DNA from: Candidatus Thorarchaeota archaeon
Lineage (GTDB): Archaea > Asgardarchaeota > Thorarchaeia > Thorarchaeales > Thorarchaeaceae
Reading direction: 5' to 3'
Assembly (NCBI GenBank): GCA_016840855.1
Contig: JAEORO010000115.1
Location: 1 to 25,495, forward strand
DNA: 25,495 nucleotides
The position numbers and the translations under genes are program-made. Numbering within the stretch: position 1 is the first letter of the stretch; every line of letters starts with the position of its first letter. Below, one piece after another: positions 8,481-17,375 of this stretch. The notes below the pieces were generated by a model. It did no database searches and was not told the DNA's origin. It worked only from the letters and a program-made list of their open reading frames with translations.

Positions 8481-8966
8481 GTGGAGCGTAAGGTGATAGC
8501 TGGAACAATCCTCCTATGTACATTGATTATTGGTTCTGTTATTGCACTCCAGCTTGGCTTCACACCATCAAGTATACCTTTTGAAGAGATAGAACAGGGA
8601 TATTACTGTGGAATCAAAAGTAGAATAGATTATGTAATTAATGACCTAGAATCATGGGAAACACTATGGACAGATATGAACAACATAAGTACAGGTGTTC
8701 CTGATCTGCCCTTTGTGAATTTCACATATGAAGTGGTATTTGCAGTCTTTCTTGGTGAGTTTGTTACTGGTGGATATGTCGCTGAGATCACTCACATTAC
8801 AAGACTAGGAAACAAACTTACAGTTCATATTAAGGAACAACACCCAGGAGAGAGTTGTGGGGTAACCATGGCATTCTCTCAGCCTTACCACATAGTGAAG
8901 GCTTCTGTGAATTCAACACTCTCAGTCGAATTCGAATATAATTTGGTAATCCATAATTGTCTATAA
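8481..8966 (+). CDS. PrcB C-terminal domain (protease complex subunit PrcB family) protein with N-terminal anchor
   Basis: P.VNF..EVVFAVFLGEFVTGGY...I and AFSQPYHIVK motifs. GTG start after SD AGGAG. Confidence 0.8.
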   Translation: MERKVIAGTILLCTLIIGSVIALQLGFTPSSIPFEEIEQGYYCGIKSRIDYVINDLESWETLWTDMNNISTGVPDLPFVNFTYEVVFAVFLGEFVTGGYVAEITHITRLGNKLTVHIKEQHPGESCGVTMAFSQPYHIVKASVNSTLSVEFEYNLVIHNCL

Positions 8967-9008
8967 AATACATCAAATTATGTCGATGATATTCGAATAA
9001 TGCCCTCA

Positions 9009-9018
9009 TTTTTTTTTT
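9009..9018 (+). terminator. Oligo-T (T10) archaeal-type terminator
   Basis: Ten consecutive T, 43 nt after the PrcB-like gene stop. Confidence 0.5.
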
Positions 9019-9115
9019 ACTGAATCCACAGAGTAAAGCGATTCAGTCCATGATTCTGATTTAGTAGTACCCGTTAGCCCTTTTTGTTCGAAAATTATGC
9101 AATGGAATTAACTGG

Positions 9116-9967
9116 TTAAACCTCAGGTGGTCCAGCCCGTATCCTTTCTCTAAGCTCAGCAACTTCAGCGCGTAGCCCATGTATATCTTCAAGGAACCAT
9201 GTAGCTCCTGCTTGAATCCATTTTTCGATCTTTTGCCTATCTTTTGTCAAGTGTTTTCCAGTTGTTTCACCGCAAACTACTACATCGTAGTTTGCTAGAT
9301 CTTTTCTCTCAGACTGGATAACTTTAAGGACATCATTAAGGAGTTTAGGAGTAATTGGTTCGGGCCATTTTGAATGAACTGGAGCAACACCATCATAAGA
9401 AGCAGCTCTTATGAAGGGGGCCTTATTTGGTACTCCTCCACCAACCCATATCGGGATTCTAGGTTCTTGCTTTGGTTTGGGCAAGAAGGTCATCTCTTCC
9501 AATTGATAGTGTTGTCCCTTGTAGGAGAATGGTTTGCCAGACCAAAGACCAGTGATTATATCGAGACTTTCATTCAGTTTCTGAGCGCGTATTTTTGTGT
9601 CACTCTCTTCGCCAAAATATTCAAACTCAACATCTGGCGGTGCACCTATTCCGACTCCTAGAATGAGTCGACCATTTGAGAGGTAATCGAGAGTCACAGC
9701 CTCTCTGGCGACTTTCCAAGGTTTCCGACGGGGTAACGGTGTGACTAATGGTCCAATTCGTATTCTATTAGTTTGACATGCTATTGCTGCTAGTGCAATC
9801 CAAGGGTCCACAAACTTCGTAACCATATCATTTTGTTTGAAGACCAACATGTGATCCCAGAGGAAGAACCCATCCCATCCTGACTCCTCAACCTCAATAG
9901 CAATATCAATCAGATTGGTAATATCGCCAAACCAACCGAAGTTCGGAATATTGATCCCATACCTCAT
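9116..9967 (-). CDS. LLM-class (luciferase-like) flavin/F420-dependent oxidoreductase
   Basis: AIEVEESGWDGFFLWDH, DPWIALAAIA..T.RIRIGPLVTP, TLDYLSNGRLILGVGIG and PKPKQEPRIPIWVGG motifs. Likely start MRYGINIP at 9967. Confidence 0.93.
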   Translation of the reverse strand: MRYGINIPNFGWFGDITNLIDIAIEVEESGWDGFFLWDHMLVFKQNDMVTKFVDPWIALAAIACQTNRIRIGPLVTPLPRRKPWKVAREAVTLDYLSNGRLILGVGIGAPPDVEFEYFGEESDTKIRAQKLNESLDIITGLWSGKPFSYKGQHYQLEEMTFLPKPKQEPRIPIWVGGGVPNKAPFIRAASYDGVAPVHSKWPEPITPKLLNDVLKVIQSERKDLANYDVVVCGETTGKHLTKDRQKIEKWIQAGATWFLEDIHGLRAEVAELRERIRAGPPEV

Positions 9968-10188
9968 ATTGATACACCAGAATTTGATTCCAAGTATAAT
10001 CAAAGATATGGAATCTTTTCTCGGTAATGACGAGTCAAGGACTAGACTAACTGAATTCATCGCATTTATTGCATTTCTTAGAGCTAGTGTATTTGAATCT
10101 TAGATTTCGAAAAGGTAAGAAGACCATCCATTTTTCATGCATAAACAAAATTAGAAAAGACCATCATACATTATTGTTACAGATCATA

Positions 10189-10974
10189 ATGGAAATTCCA
10201 GTCGATTCCTGGTTTAATGCAATTAATATCAGGCACTCTCGAAGATCATTTACTGGAGAGTCATTGCCTGAAGACAAGTTACATCGTTTAGAAACAATAT
10301 GTAATGAATTCAAGCCATTCAGGGGTGTTCGAGCAGTGGTGGTAAGAGATCCACCGGATAATGTATTCAAGGGAGCAATCGGATCATATGGCAAAATCAA
10401 AAATGCACCTCATTTCATAGTATTCATTGGAGATACTACAATTCCTGAAGTTCAAGAAGCAACTGGGTACTTGGGTGAAGGAATTATTCTAGAAGCAACC
10501 ACTCTGGATATTCAAACGTGTTGGGTGGGAGGTTTCTTCAGACCAGAGGTAGTAACCAAAATGGTGAAGATAAAAACAAATGAGAAGGTGATTGCGGTAA
10601 CTCCAATTGGTTATAGTCTGGAAAAGAAATCACGAACAGAAAAGATGTTTTCTCGTTTTGTTCGTGCTCATAGAAGAAAACCAATAGGAGATCTTTTGAT
10701 CAAAGCCCCTATATCATATCCTTACTGGATGATCAGCGCTCTTGAAGCAGCTAGATTAGCACCATCAGCAGCAAATCGACAGCCATGGAGATTCATCATT
10801 GAAGCAAATGCCATTCGAATTAGAACAGACAATACAAATGCGGGCAGATGGGTCTCGAAGAGATTTGATTGCGGAATTGCAATGTTGCACATTGAATTAG
10901 GAGCGAGGGCAAATGGAGTAGAAGGCAAGTGGGAGTTTCTCTCTAATCCAGATGTTGCAAGATATTGTGTGTAA
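10189..10974 (+). CDS. Nitroreductase-family protein (two-domain, TM1586-like)
   Basis: AINIRHSRRSF, LEAT.LDIQTCWVGG, LEAARLAPSAANRQPWRF and DCGIAMLHIELGA motifs. Likely start MEIPVD at 10189. Confidence 0.9.
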   Translation: MEIPVDSWFNAINIRHSRRSFTGESLPEDKLHRLETICNEFKPFRGVRAVVVRDPPDNVFKGAIGSYGKIKNAPHFIVFIGDTTIPEVQEATGYLGEGIILEATTLDIQTCWVGGFFRPEVVTKMVKIKTNEKVIAVTPIGYSLEKKSRTEKMFSRFVRAHRRKPIGDLLIKAPISYPYWMISALEAARLAPSAANRQPWRFIIEANAIRIRTDNTNAGRWVSKRFDCGIAMLHIELGARANGVEGKWEFLSNPDVARYCV

Positions 10975-11107
10975 TTGGAGCACACTGATGTTTGATTTAT
11001 GAATTTGAGAGTGCATAGGTTTCGTAATAAGAAACTCATTCTGCGAGATACAGCTCTTATAGCTTAAAGTATAAGTCGGTGTTTACAGATATTCTGATTG
11101 ACGAGGT

Positions 11108-11353
11108 ATGTCTGATATGATGAATAAGTTTCAAGACCTAATGGGAGAAGGGTTTCCCGTTCAAATCATAGTTGATATAGAAGATACTCTGCACAACGTT
11201 GTGAAAGGAGTCATTACACAGGTTGGTAGAAATTACATCGAGATAACAAGACCGACAAATCAAGATGAAAAATCACGATATGGTACTGACGATATGAAGG
11301 TCGTGATACCAGTTGAGAAGATTGCTGAAGTCATGTACTATGAAAAGAAATAG
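11108..11353 (+). CDS. Small protein with probable Sm-like/SH3-type barrel (DUF2642/YuzF-like)
   Basis: N-terminal helix, then V.I.V, KGVITQVGRNYIEI and VVIPVEKIAEV strand pattern. GAGG directly upstream. Confidence 0.65.
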   Translation: MSDMMNKFQDLMGEGFPVQIIVDIEDTLHNVVKGVITQVGRNYIEITRPTNQDEKSRYGTDDMKVVIPVEKIAEVMYYEKK

Positions 11354-11391
11354 GATTCGACCAATAGATAATGTAGCAAAATATTTCCAAA

Positions 11392-11736
11392 TTAGCGTAG
11401 TGATAATTGCTTAACAAGAAATTCAGCAACTTCACGTTCGAGTTTCTTACTTGATTTAATTTTAGAGAAGCGGTCTACCTTATTACCAATAATATGAATT
11501 TTGTAAGACAGATTCGATTCATTATGTTCTATGACTAAAATGAGATTTCTTATCCCTTCAGTCCAACTTTGAAAGACCAAGAACACATACATCCACATCG
11601 AATCATTAGGTGATGTTTGAAAAATTGGAGTTGACATTTTCCCTGTTAACCTAGTTGAGTTCCAATAATCGTTCATATTATCAAGGAAAGATTCAAGCTC
11701 TTCAGACATAATTCCCTCAACCTCAAGTTCAATCAT
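11392..11736 (-). CDS. Hypothetical protein
   Basis: 114-aa ORF with SD-like GGAGGAGA upstream. No recognised motif. Confidence 0.65.
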   Translation of the reverse strand: MIELEVEGIMSEELESFLDNMNDYWNSTRLTGKMSTPIFQTSPNDSMWMYVFLVFQSWTEGIRNLILVIEHNESNLSYKIHIIGNKVDRFSKIKSSKKLEREVAEFLVKQLSLR

Positions 11737-11834
11737 ATTGAATGTATCTCCTCCAGATAAGCATATTTTCAGTAAGAATTACACTTGAAAACCAAAAAGG
11801 ATTGGTAATTTTCGAAAAGAATGACTTGATTTAA

Positions 11835-11972
11835 CTAGAATCCTAGCAATGACTCTCTCTTTGCTACTGAGTCAAGCATACCTCCACCGTCCACATTGAT
11901 TACTTCATTAGCTATAAAGCTCGCTGCATCTGATGACAGGAATACTACAGTTTCAGCAATGTCCTCGAGTTC
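11835..11972 (-). pseudogene. C-terminal remnant of a short-chain dehydrogenase/reductase (FabG-like)
   Basis: Minus strand translates ELEDIAETVVFLSSDAASFIANEVINVDGGGMLD...*, matching the SDR C-terminal consensus PEDIA..V.FL.SD.ASFI.G..I.VDGG. An in-frame TGA lies directly upstream and there is no N-terminal part. Confidence 0.85.
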
Positions 11973-12123
11973 TCAGGAGTTTTCAGATGCATCAGCACTA
12001 GCGAAGGGACATGCAGCTAAGGTGACTGCAACAAAAGCACTTGCTATGACAGCGATTGATCTTTTTACAGATACCGAACTGATGACACAGACGACTGAGG
12101 AATTCAAGAAAAACAGATCCTAG
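11971..12123 (+). pseudogene. C-terminal remnant of an M20-family amidohydrolase (ACY1L2/AbgB-like)
   Basis: SQEFSDASALAKGHAAKVTATKALAMTAIDLFTDTELMTQTTEEFKK matches the M20 C-terminal pattern (H)T.EF..AA.....KALAMTA.DL..DPEL....EEF. Confidence 0.8.
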
Positions 12124-12212
12124 GGATAAGTATTTGCTTGGCAATGACTGAGCTGGACTAGACTCTAGAAACTGTCATCTTTGTGATGATTAGGTTAAAT
12201 AATAGGATTCAT

Positions 12213-13226
12213 CTAACCTTTTTTGGCGTCTTCCTCGCGCTTTAATCGTTCTTTTTCAAGATCTCGAATCCGCTTTTCTTTGGCGTCCTCAGCTTTCTTG
12301 ATTCGTTTTTCAACATCAGATATCCGTTTTTCTGCGTTTGACAGTTCTTTCTTCCTACGATTTTCTGCGTTCTTGTATTCCTTGTTAGCATCATCATACT
12401 CTTTCTTTGCAAGCTTGAGTTCACGCTCTAGACTTTCAGTTCGGGTTCGTTTGGTTTCAGCTACGACGAGGTATCGTTCTACTTCTTCGTCAAGACGAGT
12501 TCGTAGTTTGTCTAGTTCTGATTGGAACTGACTACGCTCAATATTGTAAGTTTTGATATCTGAATCAAAGGTCCTGATCTTCTCATCTTTGGAGATTTCA
12601 TCTACAGCTGTCGAAACTGAAGGTGCAGCTACTGCTGAAAATGGAGTTGCTGGAGTCGGTTCTTTTATGACCACTTTTTCTGGTGTAGGGGATTCTGGTT
12701 CTTCGTAGTATTCTTCTTCTATTTCTTCTTCTTCCTCTACTATTTCTAGCTCTTCTTCCTCTTCTTCCACTTCTTCCTCTTCTTCTATTTCAACTTCCTC
12801 AAAGACTTCTGATTCATCCGCCTCTTCTGAAATCTCCTCCATTTCGGATCCTACTTCAGGTGCCATTGGTGCAGTGACCTCCTCAGCCCTGCTACGAGCT
12901 TCTGCTGCTTTGACTTTCTCAAGAATGTCTTTGACGACTTCTCGACCTTTGTCGTAGTCCATCGTTTCGGTTTTGGGAGGCTTTGGTTTCTCTTCAGTTT
13001 TGATGCGCACTTCATCTGGTTCGCCAGATTCAAAGGCCCTTTCGCTTGGACGTACAAGTTGTTCATCATCAGAAACAGTGGAGGGTCTTACAACTGATTC
13101 TTCTTCAGGCACCTCAACTGGGTCTGGTTTTGAAACCTCATCTGATGCTACCAGCAAAGCTCCGCATCGAGTGCAATATTTCCGCATCACATCATTTGCT
13201 TTCCCGCATTTAGCACATGTCTTAAT
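12213..13226 (-). CDS. Zinc-ribbon protein with Glu-rich low-complexity linker and long C-terminal coiled coil
   Basis: CAKCG-x9-CTRCG zinc ribbon, poly-Glu tract and a ~125-aa heptad-rich charged C-terminus. Start uncertain: ATT13226 after SD AGGAGAGG, or ATG13274. Confidence 0.85.
   Translation of the reverse strand: MKTCAKCGKANDVMRKYCTRCGALLVASDEVSKPDPVEVPEEESVVRPSTVSDDEQLVRPSERAFESGEPDEVRIKTEEKPKPPKTETMDYDKGREVVKDILEKVKAAEARSRAEEVTAPMAPEVGSEMEEISEEADESEVFEEVEIEEEEEVEEEEEELEIVEEEEEIEEEYYEEPESPTPEKVVIKEPTPATPFSAVAAPSVSTAVDEISKDEKIRTFDSDIKTYNIERSQFQSELDKLRTRLDEEVERYLVVAETKRTRTESLERELKLAKKEYDDANKEYKNAENRRKKELSNAEKRISDVEKRIKKAEDAKEKRIRDLEKERLKREEDAKKG
12704..12843 (-). repeat. GAA/GAG-rich low-complexity tract encoding poly-Glu
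   Basis: (TTC/CTC)n runs on the + strand, encoding EEVEIEEEEEVEEEEEELEIVEEEEEIEEE. Confidence 0.8.
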
Positions 13227-13360
13227 TTCAAACCTCTCCTGAATAGCACAATGATGTCCTATTCTTTGAATCATCCTTAGATATACGTTTAGCGTATAGT
13301 ATTTAGCGAAATATTCATACATATTTTTGAAGAGAGATAATAATTCCAAGGTGATTAGCA

Positions 13361-14125
13361 ATACTGAGTGACTCGCAAAAATTTCTTGATAAACATAAAG
13401 CGATTGTGTTTTTTGTTGCAGTTGTAATTATTATTGGAATTGGAGGCGTTGTACATCTCACCAATACTTCACCAACGGTTTATCATTACGTGGAATATCT
13501 ACCCAAATCTGATCAAAGAAACACACGGTTTACAGTTGCTGGTATAGAGGATGCTAATATCACAATATCGTTTGTCAATAAGCCGGGTCTTTGGTACATA
13601 ATAGACCTCACGCATTATACTTCTGTAAAACACCACGCTGTTGAGAGTCTGACGAGTCCCTCCTTTCTACCTCTTAGAGTACATGTCAAAAGTGTTACTC
13701 CTGTTAAGACGATCAACATTATTTTGGGGACTGATGCAGCTCACAATTTGTATATCTCTGGAGAGAATTTGAACACAATAGTAATTGTTGATAACGGAGC
13801 AAAAATCTCAGGTACTAGGTGTCGGTTTTTTGGAACAGGCACATTTCAGTTCGTATTTACAGAAAATGTCAACTTTACATCAGAAGGAATGGATGTAGAA
13901 GTTGGTGATTTTATTTTAGGACCTGTGTCACCCGAACTTGTAGTTGTGGATATTGACCTTCCAAGTGGAATGAACGGCAGGTTCTCATCTCCCAATGCGA
14001 CATTCATACAGAATGAATGGCCAGTTAATTATGGCAGTGAATGGGGCACAGCTTCAATTGATAGTCCACTGCTTGATATACAAATATTCTATTCAATGAG
14101 AGTATGGGCAAATCTTCGTACTTAG
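13361..14125 (+). CDS. Membrane-anchored, beta-rich extracellular hypothetical protein
   Basis: Frame is open from 13355. SD AAGGTGA (13348-13354) precedes ATA13361/CTG13364, giving SDSQKFLDKHK before the TM helix. Several N-x-S/T sequons. The ORF track starts at GTG13406. Confidence 0.75.
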   Translation: MLSDSQKFLDKHKAIVFFVAVVIIIGIGGVVHLTNTSPTVYHYVEYLPKSDQRNTRFTVAGIEDANITISFVNKPGLWYIIDLTHYTSVKHHAVESLTSPSFLPLRVHVKSVTPVKTINIILGTDAAHNLYISGENLNTIVIVDNGAKISGTRCRFFGTGTFQFVFTENVNFTSEGMDVEVGDFILGPVSPELVVVDIDLPSGMNGRFSSPNATFIQNEWPVNYGSEWGTASIDSPLLDIQIFYSMRVWANLRT

Positions 14126-14167
14126 ATTTTACCACGAATATTAATGCGTCTTACGTGTAAACAAAAG

Positions 14168-14203
14168 GAGATTACGCCCTGTTCTTTGCGAGCAGTAATT
14201 CTC
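14168..14203. terminator. Imperfect hairpin between convergent genes
   Basis: GAGATTAC..CTGTTC-tttgc-GAGCAG-TAATTCTC, flanked by an A-run and a T-run. Confidence 0.45.
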
Positions 14204-14215
14204 GTTCTTTTGGAA

Positions 14216-14905
14216 CTAATCTCTCCATTCCCATATATCTTCGATTATTGGCCCTTTTCGCAGTTCACCATCTCTTTCGATTAGCTCTCTTATCATATCA
14301 GCACATTTCTGATAATGACGAAATGCATTTTCAACGGAGGACGTATCTTCAGGATTGAACTCAACAATCATGAGTTCAAAAATCTCTTGGTGCATGGAGA
14401 TATTGGGTTGAAGACCATAGAGAAATAGGATGGTTTCTGAAGCATGATTGCGGACCAAATACTCCGGGTCTTTCGCGACGGATTCGAATAGCGCTGTAAT
14501 GACCTTTTCACTTGGAAAGCGTCTTAATGCTCTTGCAGCATGAATCCGAACAGACCAAAATCCAGACTCTTTGAGAGCAATGATAATTGTGGGGACATAG
14601 TCGACGCTGTTCTTTATAAGACAAAGAGCGACCGCTATTTCAACAGCTAATGTCCCTGTACTGGTTTCTAAAAGCGCTTCAAGAACTGGGAGTGCCTTGG
14701 TTGATCGTAATTCTCGGAGGCCTATTGCGCCATAGTGACCACCTTTTTCAAGCGTTTCAATAAGCATGTCTTCAGCCTTCTCTAGCTCCTCGCCCTTCAG
14801 AAGGGTAACTGATGTTTCGTCTATACCGTCATGCCACATCATGTAGGGATCACCGTAGTAATTTTCCAAGAAGCGTTTCCACTCAGGACTTGGCATACTA
14901 TTCAC
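14216..14905 (-). CDS. HEAT-repeat (PBS-lyase-like) protein
   Basis: Repeats such as WSVRIHAARALRRF..EKVITAL, KDPEYLVRNHASETI and KALPVLEALL. Confidence 0.8.
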   Translation of the reverse strand: MNSMPSPEWKRFLENYYGDPYMMWHDGIDETSVTLLKGEELEKAEDMLIETLEKGGHYGAIGLRELRSTKALPVLEALLETSTGTLAVEIAVALCLIKNSVDYVPTIIIALKESGFWSVRIHAARALRRFPSEKVITALFESVAKDPEYLVRNHASETILFLYGLQPNISMHQEIFELMIVEFNPEDTSSVENAFRHYQKCADMIRELIERDGELRKGPIIEDIWEWRD

Positions 14906-14970
14906 ACAAATTCAACCAATCATCCGGTGCTATTGTAGTTTTTCGCAGCATCATCAAGCTGAATCTTAAG

Positions 14971-15693
14971 CTACCCTATTGCTAGTAAATAGGGTAGAAT
15001 CGAGTAACCACTAAACAGCACACCTGTAAGATTGAGAAAAACATGAATGATAGCAAGAGGCCACATACTGCCAGTTCTTCTGTAGAGAAAGATGTAACCA
15101 ATGGGTATAATGAATTGAATGACAAAGAATAGCTGAGTGAAGATGAATATGTAATTACTTTCAAGCAAGAATTTGGCCCAGAAGAAAGCATGAATCAAAC
15201 CTATCAATGCAATGTAAAGTGCTCCTCCAATGAATACCATGATCGAACGTTTAACTCCCTCTTTGTAATACTCCGCAAAGGAGTCAAAGGTGTAGAGCCA
15301 AATCAACTGTTCAGAGAAGGCGTTGATTGGAGCCCATATCACAAGTGTCAACATCCATCCAATTGGATCGATTATCTCCATTCGGACCAAACTAAACCAC
15401 GAAACTATGACAAGTGTTGTCTGAAGAAAGAACAAAAATCCAAAGAGTGGAGTCATATAGCTTTTGAACTGTGCTTTTATATTTCCCCACTGTAGCTTGT
15501 AATCCAGACTTCCGCGACGCCAACGGACAATCAGAATTGCAAAGAGACCATAATAAATGACCATTGGAATCAAGGCACCAATGAAATCAAAGAGATATCC
15601 TGCAATGATAGGCATCGCGATTGACGCTATAATTGCGATTACGAGATCCAAAGATGTCGGTCGATAATTTTCAAAGACGTAATCATAGGCCAT
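14971..15693 (-). CDS. CPBP-family (Rce1/Abi-like, type II CAAX) intramembrane protease homolog
   Basis: Multi-TM protein with NAFSEQLIW (degenerate EExxxR), IGLIH and YRRTGSMWPLAIIHVFLN (HxxxN). Confidence 0.75.
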   Translation of the reverse strand: MAYDYVFENYRPTSLDLVIAIIASIAMPIIAGYLFDFIGALIPMVIYYGLFAILIVRWRRGSLDYKLQWGNIKAQFKSYMTPLFGFLFFLQTTLVIVSWFSLVRMEIIDPIGWMLTLVIWAPINAFSEQLIWLYTFDSFAEYYKEGVKRSIMVFIGGALYIALIGLIHAFFWAKFLLESNYIFIFTQLFFVIQFIIPIGYIFLYRRTGSMWPLAIIHVFLNLTGVLFSGYSILPYLLAIG

Positions 15694-15910
15694 TTTGGTC
15701 AGACTCCCTCATGTATGATAGTATGCAATCTGTTTACTAGTAGTACTGCAATTATAAAAATAACTATTGTTAAATATCTTTAGGTATTAATCATCAGTGA
15801 AATTAATAATCTCGGAACTGACGAGCTATAAAGAAAAAAAGAAAATCGTGCATGCTTGTTTCAGATGAATTGTGATATTGTGCCACCACTTTCTAGCACA
15901 GGTGGTTACT

Positions 15911-16540
15911 ATGAGATGGTTTCAAAAGTTCGCTGAAAGCGTGAATCGTCATACAGGAAAAGATGCTAGCATCATTATTACAGAGGGATGGGAGGAAGTA
16001 CCTTCAGGCTCAGCGAAACAGGCATTAAAAGAACGCACCATGTGGATCAAACTAGCAATGGAGAGACTTGATAATCTATGTGATGAGAAGACTAGAAATC
16101 AAATCATGATTGATACTTGTCCTCACAAATACCCTAAAACTCGAATCAAGAAGATGAGGACTGCATTCGAGCGCCTTGGAAGTATAGATGACATTCTGAA
16201 ATTAATGTGGGAGGATGTTTCATGGGGCGGAGTATCATTTTACGATTATCCGGTCAGGAAGGATGATGTGATCTATATTACTAAGGTGCCCTACAATCCG
16301 AAGGCTCACAAGAGCACAGCCACTGATGAGGAAAAACGATTAACATACTGTCATTGCGGTCTTGTGAAGAGAAGCGAAGAAGCGATATCACCAACCTTCT
16401 GCTGTTGCTCTGGTGGATGGGTGAAACAACTATGGGAAGGAATTTTCCAACAGCCCACAGACGTATGGATGACTGAGTCACTCCTCAAAGGAGATGACCG
16501 TTGTACACATGCAGTTAAAATTCCTCGTGATTTCTTGTAA
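15911..16540 (+). CDS. Cys-rich DUF6144/V4R-like protein
   Basis: YCHCGLV, TFCCCSGGWVKQLWEGIF and ESLLKGDDRC motifs. ATG15911 follows SD AGGTGG. Confidence 0.75.
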   Translation: MRWFQKFAESVNRHTGKDASIIITEGWEEVPSGSAKQALKERTMWIKLAMERLDNLCDEKTRNQIMIDTCPHKYPKTRIKKMRTAFERLGSIDDILKLMWEDVSWGGVSFYDYPVRKDDVIYITKVPYNPKAHKSTATDEEKRLTYCHCGLVKRSEEAISPTFCCCSGGWVKQLWEGIFQQPTDVWMTESLLKGDDRCTHAVKIPRDFL

Positions 16541-16626
16541 AATCCAAGACTCAATGTTTGGAATGCAATGCTTAGTTCATCAGCTCTTTATCTAATTGCA
16601 ATGAATATCCACTTGAGGTGAGAATA

Positions 16627-17355
16627 ATGAGCAACTCCAAACATTTGCTCGTTATTGCTGTGTTATTGATTGTAATATTCAGTTCAGTAGCAGCAGCTTT
16701 AATCTACATGAACTTGAATTCAAAGACTCTTGAGATTAATTTCATCCCAGATCACACAAATACGAGTCCTGGCGAAACAGGATGGTTCCTTGTTGAAATC
16801 GAATCCGGTGAACAAATAACCACATACGAGATATCAATACAGACCAACGTGTCTGTAGAAACGGATTGTACATATTGGTCACAGCCTCCACTTTTGGAGG
16901 TCTTTGTCTATCCCAATTCGACTCACTTGGACACATGTATTGAGATTGAAGTCACGTTCTCAGCAGGAGAATTAATTGCACATGATACTGCATTTCTCTA
17001 TGTTTGGAATTGGACTTTCGTCGATATATCGGAAGTAATAACGAAACGAAACGTGTTCACTGATTATCTAGCAACAGCACATCCTGAGTTTGGCATTGAT
17101 AATACCACCTCGTGGACGCCAATCCACAATGGAGTAGGTATCTTGATAGTCGGTCACTATCTCTTCAAGTCCAGTCTATGGGAGTTGGAGATTGACTGGC
17201 ATGTAATGATTGCACCGTATGACTGGGTGCAAATGTATCTTCGTCCCAGAGCCGAAATAGAGCCAAGTTGGGCAGGTAAGATAGAATCTTGGAGTACGGA
17301 TAATCAGACTGTATTGGAGATAGAGCCACCACTCGAGATATATCGCCCGACATGA
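16627..17355 (+). CDS. Membrane-anchored extracellular hypothetical protein
   Basis: N-terminal TM helix, Ig-like N-terminal half and Trp-rich C-terminal half. SD GAGGTGA precedes ATG16627. Confidence 0.8.
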   Translation: MSNSKHLLVIAVLLIVIFSSVAAALIYMNLNSKTLEINFIPDHTNTSPGETGWFLVEIESGEQITTYEISIQTNVSVETDCTYWSQPPLLEVFVYPNSTHLDTCIEIEVTFSAGELIAHDTAFLYVWNWTFVDISEVITKRNVFTDYLATAHPEFGIDNTTSWTPIHNGVGILIVGHYLFKSSLWELEIDWHVMIAPYDWVQMYLRPRAEIEPSWAGKIESWSTDNQTVLEIEPPLEIYRPT

Positions 17356-17375
17356 ACGTGATGGGAACTCTAAAA

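Noticed and set aside
9968-10188. N-terminal extensions of the LLM and nitroreductase ORFs
   Set aside because: They would leave only 8 bp for a divergent promoter; family homology begins at 9967 and 10189.
8955-10974. C-terminal cysteines (HNCL, RYCV) as CAAX substrates for the CPBP/ICMT pair
   Set aside because: The Cys is penultimate, not fourth from the end, so these are not CaaX motifs.
11896-12123. 75-aa ORF as a genuine intact gene
   Set aside because: It is a chimera of antisense SDR sequence and an M20 C-terminal remnant.
13227-13361. Long N-terminal extension of the zinc-ribbon gene given by the ORF track
   Set aside because: AT-rich, promoter-like sequence; the SD position and the divergent gene argue for a later start.
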